This document shows, piece after piece, positions 62,780 to 64,000 of a DNA stretch of 64,000 nt; position 1 is the stretch's first letter, and each line of letters starts with the position of its first letter. Made by a program: the position numbers and the translations under genes. The DNA comes from Myxococcota bacterium (GTDB taxonomy: Bacteria > Myxococcota_A > Polyangia > Polyangiales > Houyiibacteriaceae). The notes beneath the pieces are model-generated. The model saw only the letters and a program-made list of their open reading frames with translations. It had not been told where the DNA came from and ran no database searches. The stretch covers positions 14,406 to 78,405 of the forward strand of contig JBMCXW010000004.1 of the NCBI GenBank assembly GCA_048623775.1, read 5' to 3'.

Positions 62780-63973
62780 ATGGAGACGGAAGCGATGGCC
62801 GCCGGCGCGCGCGCAACCCCGACCGCCACCCGTGGGCGCGTCCTCGTGGTGGATGACGAAGCCCACCTCGTGCGCGCCTACCGGCGCTCGTTGGCCGCCG
62901 CCGGATACGACGTGGAGACCGCCGGAGACGGAGAGAGCGCCGTGCGCATGTTCGAGCGCGGGGCCTTCCACGCCGTCGTGAGCGACATCGCCATGCCGCA
63001 CATGAACGGGGTGCAACTCCTGCGCGCCATCCGAGAGCACGACCTGGACGTGCCGGTGATCCTGGTGACGGGCGAGCCGTCCGTGGAGACGGCAATTCAG
63101 GCGCTCGACTACGGCGCGCTGCGTTACCTCGTCAAGCCGGTGGACGTCGGCGTTCTACTCAAGGCGGTCGAGCAGGCCGTGAATCTGCAGCGCATGGCCA
63201 TCATGAAGCGGCAGTCGTTGGAAATGCTCGGCGAGGTGGACAAGCAGCTCGGCGACCGGGCCGGGCTCGAGGTGAAGTTCGAGTCGGCCCTCGAGAAGAT
63301 GTTCGTCGTCTATCAGCCCATCGTCCGGTGGTCGGACCGCACCGTGACCGGCTGGGAAGCCCTCGTCCGCTCCAGCGAGCCGACCATCCCGCACCCCGGC
63401 GCCCTGTTCGACGCTGCCGAGCGCCTCGACCGGCTCATGGACCTGAGCCGCGCGATCCGGGCCAAGGCGCCGGTCCCCCTGCTCGACGCCCCGGAGCGCG
63501 GCCGCCTCTTCTACAACCTCCACGTGCAGGACCTGGAGGACGAATGTCTCTTCTCGTCGGGAAGCCCCCTCGCCCGCATGGCGGACCGGGTCGTCCTCGA
63601 GATCACCGAGCGCGCGTCGCTCGAGGAGGTGCGGGACGTGCGGTCGCGCGTGGCGCAGCTCCGCGAGATGGGCTTCCGCATCGCCGTGGACGACCTGGGC
63701 GCGGGCTACGCCGGCCTGTCCAGCTTCGCCCAGCTCGAGCCGGACGTGGTCAAGCTCGACATGGCCCTCATCCGCGACGTTCACCAATCCCCCACCAAGC
63801 AGAAGCTCATTCGCTCCATGACGGCGCTCTGCGCCGACATGGGCATGGAGGTGGTGGCGGAGGGCGTGGAGAACGCCGAGGAGCGGGACGTGCTCGTCTC
63901 GCTGGGCTGCGACATCTTCCAGGGGTTCTACTTCGCCCGCCCCGGACCGGCCTTCGTCGACGTGGCGTGGTGA
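62780..63973 (+). CDS. Response regulator with EAL output domain (REC-EAL)
   Basis: REC: VLVVDDE, VVSDIAMPHMNG, LVTGEP, VKP. EAL: YQPIV...WEALVR, NLHVQD, EITERA, VDDLGAGYAGL, KLDMA, AEGVEN, FQGFYFARP. Confidence 0.9.
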   Translation: METEAMAAGARATPTATRGRVLVVDDEAHLVRAYRRSLAAAGYDVETAGDGESAVRMFERGAFHAVVSDIAMPHMNGVQLLRAIREHDLDVPVILVTGEPSVETAIQALDYGALRYLVKPVDVGVLLKAVEQAVNLQRMAIMKRQSLEMLGEVDKQLGDRAGLEVKFESALEKMFVVYQPIVRWSDRTVTGWEALVRSSEPTIPHPGALFDAAERLDRLMDLSRAIRAKAPVPLLDAPERGRLFYNLHVQDLEDECLFSSGSPLARMADRVVLEITERASLEEVRDVRSRVAQLREMGFRIAVDDLGAGYAGLSSFAQLEPDVVKLDMALIRDVHQSPTKQKLIRSMTALCADMGMEVVAEGVENAEERDVLVSLGCDIFQGFYFARPGPAFVDVAW

Positions 63974-64000
63974 GCCCGCACCGGCGTCAGCCGCGGCCGG

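Overview
This is a very GC-rich chromosomal segment; I did not compute GC, but third codon positions are almost all G/C in the genes I checked by hand. It is almost certainly from a myxobacterium (Myxococcota). The evidence is Myxococcus-type cysteine-rich repeat lipoproteins, PEGA-domain proteins, Hanks-type Ser/Thr kinases, FHA and EAL signalling proteins, and lipoproteins with Gly/Cys lipoboxes. I can support about 50 protein genes, one cobalamin riboswitch, one convincing intrinsic terminator and a few short repeats. I found no rRNA, tRNA, CRISPR array, transposase or integrase. Most very long ORFs in the six-frame track are high-GC antisense or read-through artefacts, and several real genes start at internal ATG/GTG/TTG codons, which I located by hand. 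Gene content in order: (1) STPK, PEGA protein, rsmD, coaD; (2) a QEGLA/DUF1704 protein and a czcCBA-like heavy-metal RND operon with a small Cys/His ORF upstream; (3) a CBS-domain cation/H+ antiporter and an Eda-fold protein; (4) prkA, then a 3.9-kb XRE/receiver/TPR-PEGA/Cys-rich lipoprotein block, then yeaH-spoVR; (5) a Cys/Met PLP enzyme, UvrD-like helicase and DUF3365 haem protein; (6) a sigma-domain::non-RD kinase::coiled-coil fusion and mgtE; (7) otsBA, an aldo/keto reductase and an amidase; (8) smr-cysQ, divergent from a hybrid histidine kinase-archease-rtcB unit; (9) doxX-DUF2760-Hsp70, then a membrane protein plus GMC oxidoreductase, a B12 riboswitch-TonB receptor-lipoprotein unit and a flippase-like protein, then a second, larger Hsp70 paralogue; (10) a GH31 enzyme, an FHA::CpaF-like protein with a broken P-loop, an EAL protein, fbp and a REC-EAL protein. 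The candidates most worth follow-up are the DUF2760/double-Hsp70 set, the degenerate FHA-CpaF-like ATPase, the sigma-kinase fusion, the Smr/CysQ//HK-archease-RtcB neighbourhood, and the riboswitch-controlled TonB receptor plus lipoprotein. No canonical defence system or mobile element is evident, and all functional calls rest on motif recognition by eye, not on searches.
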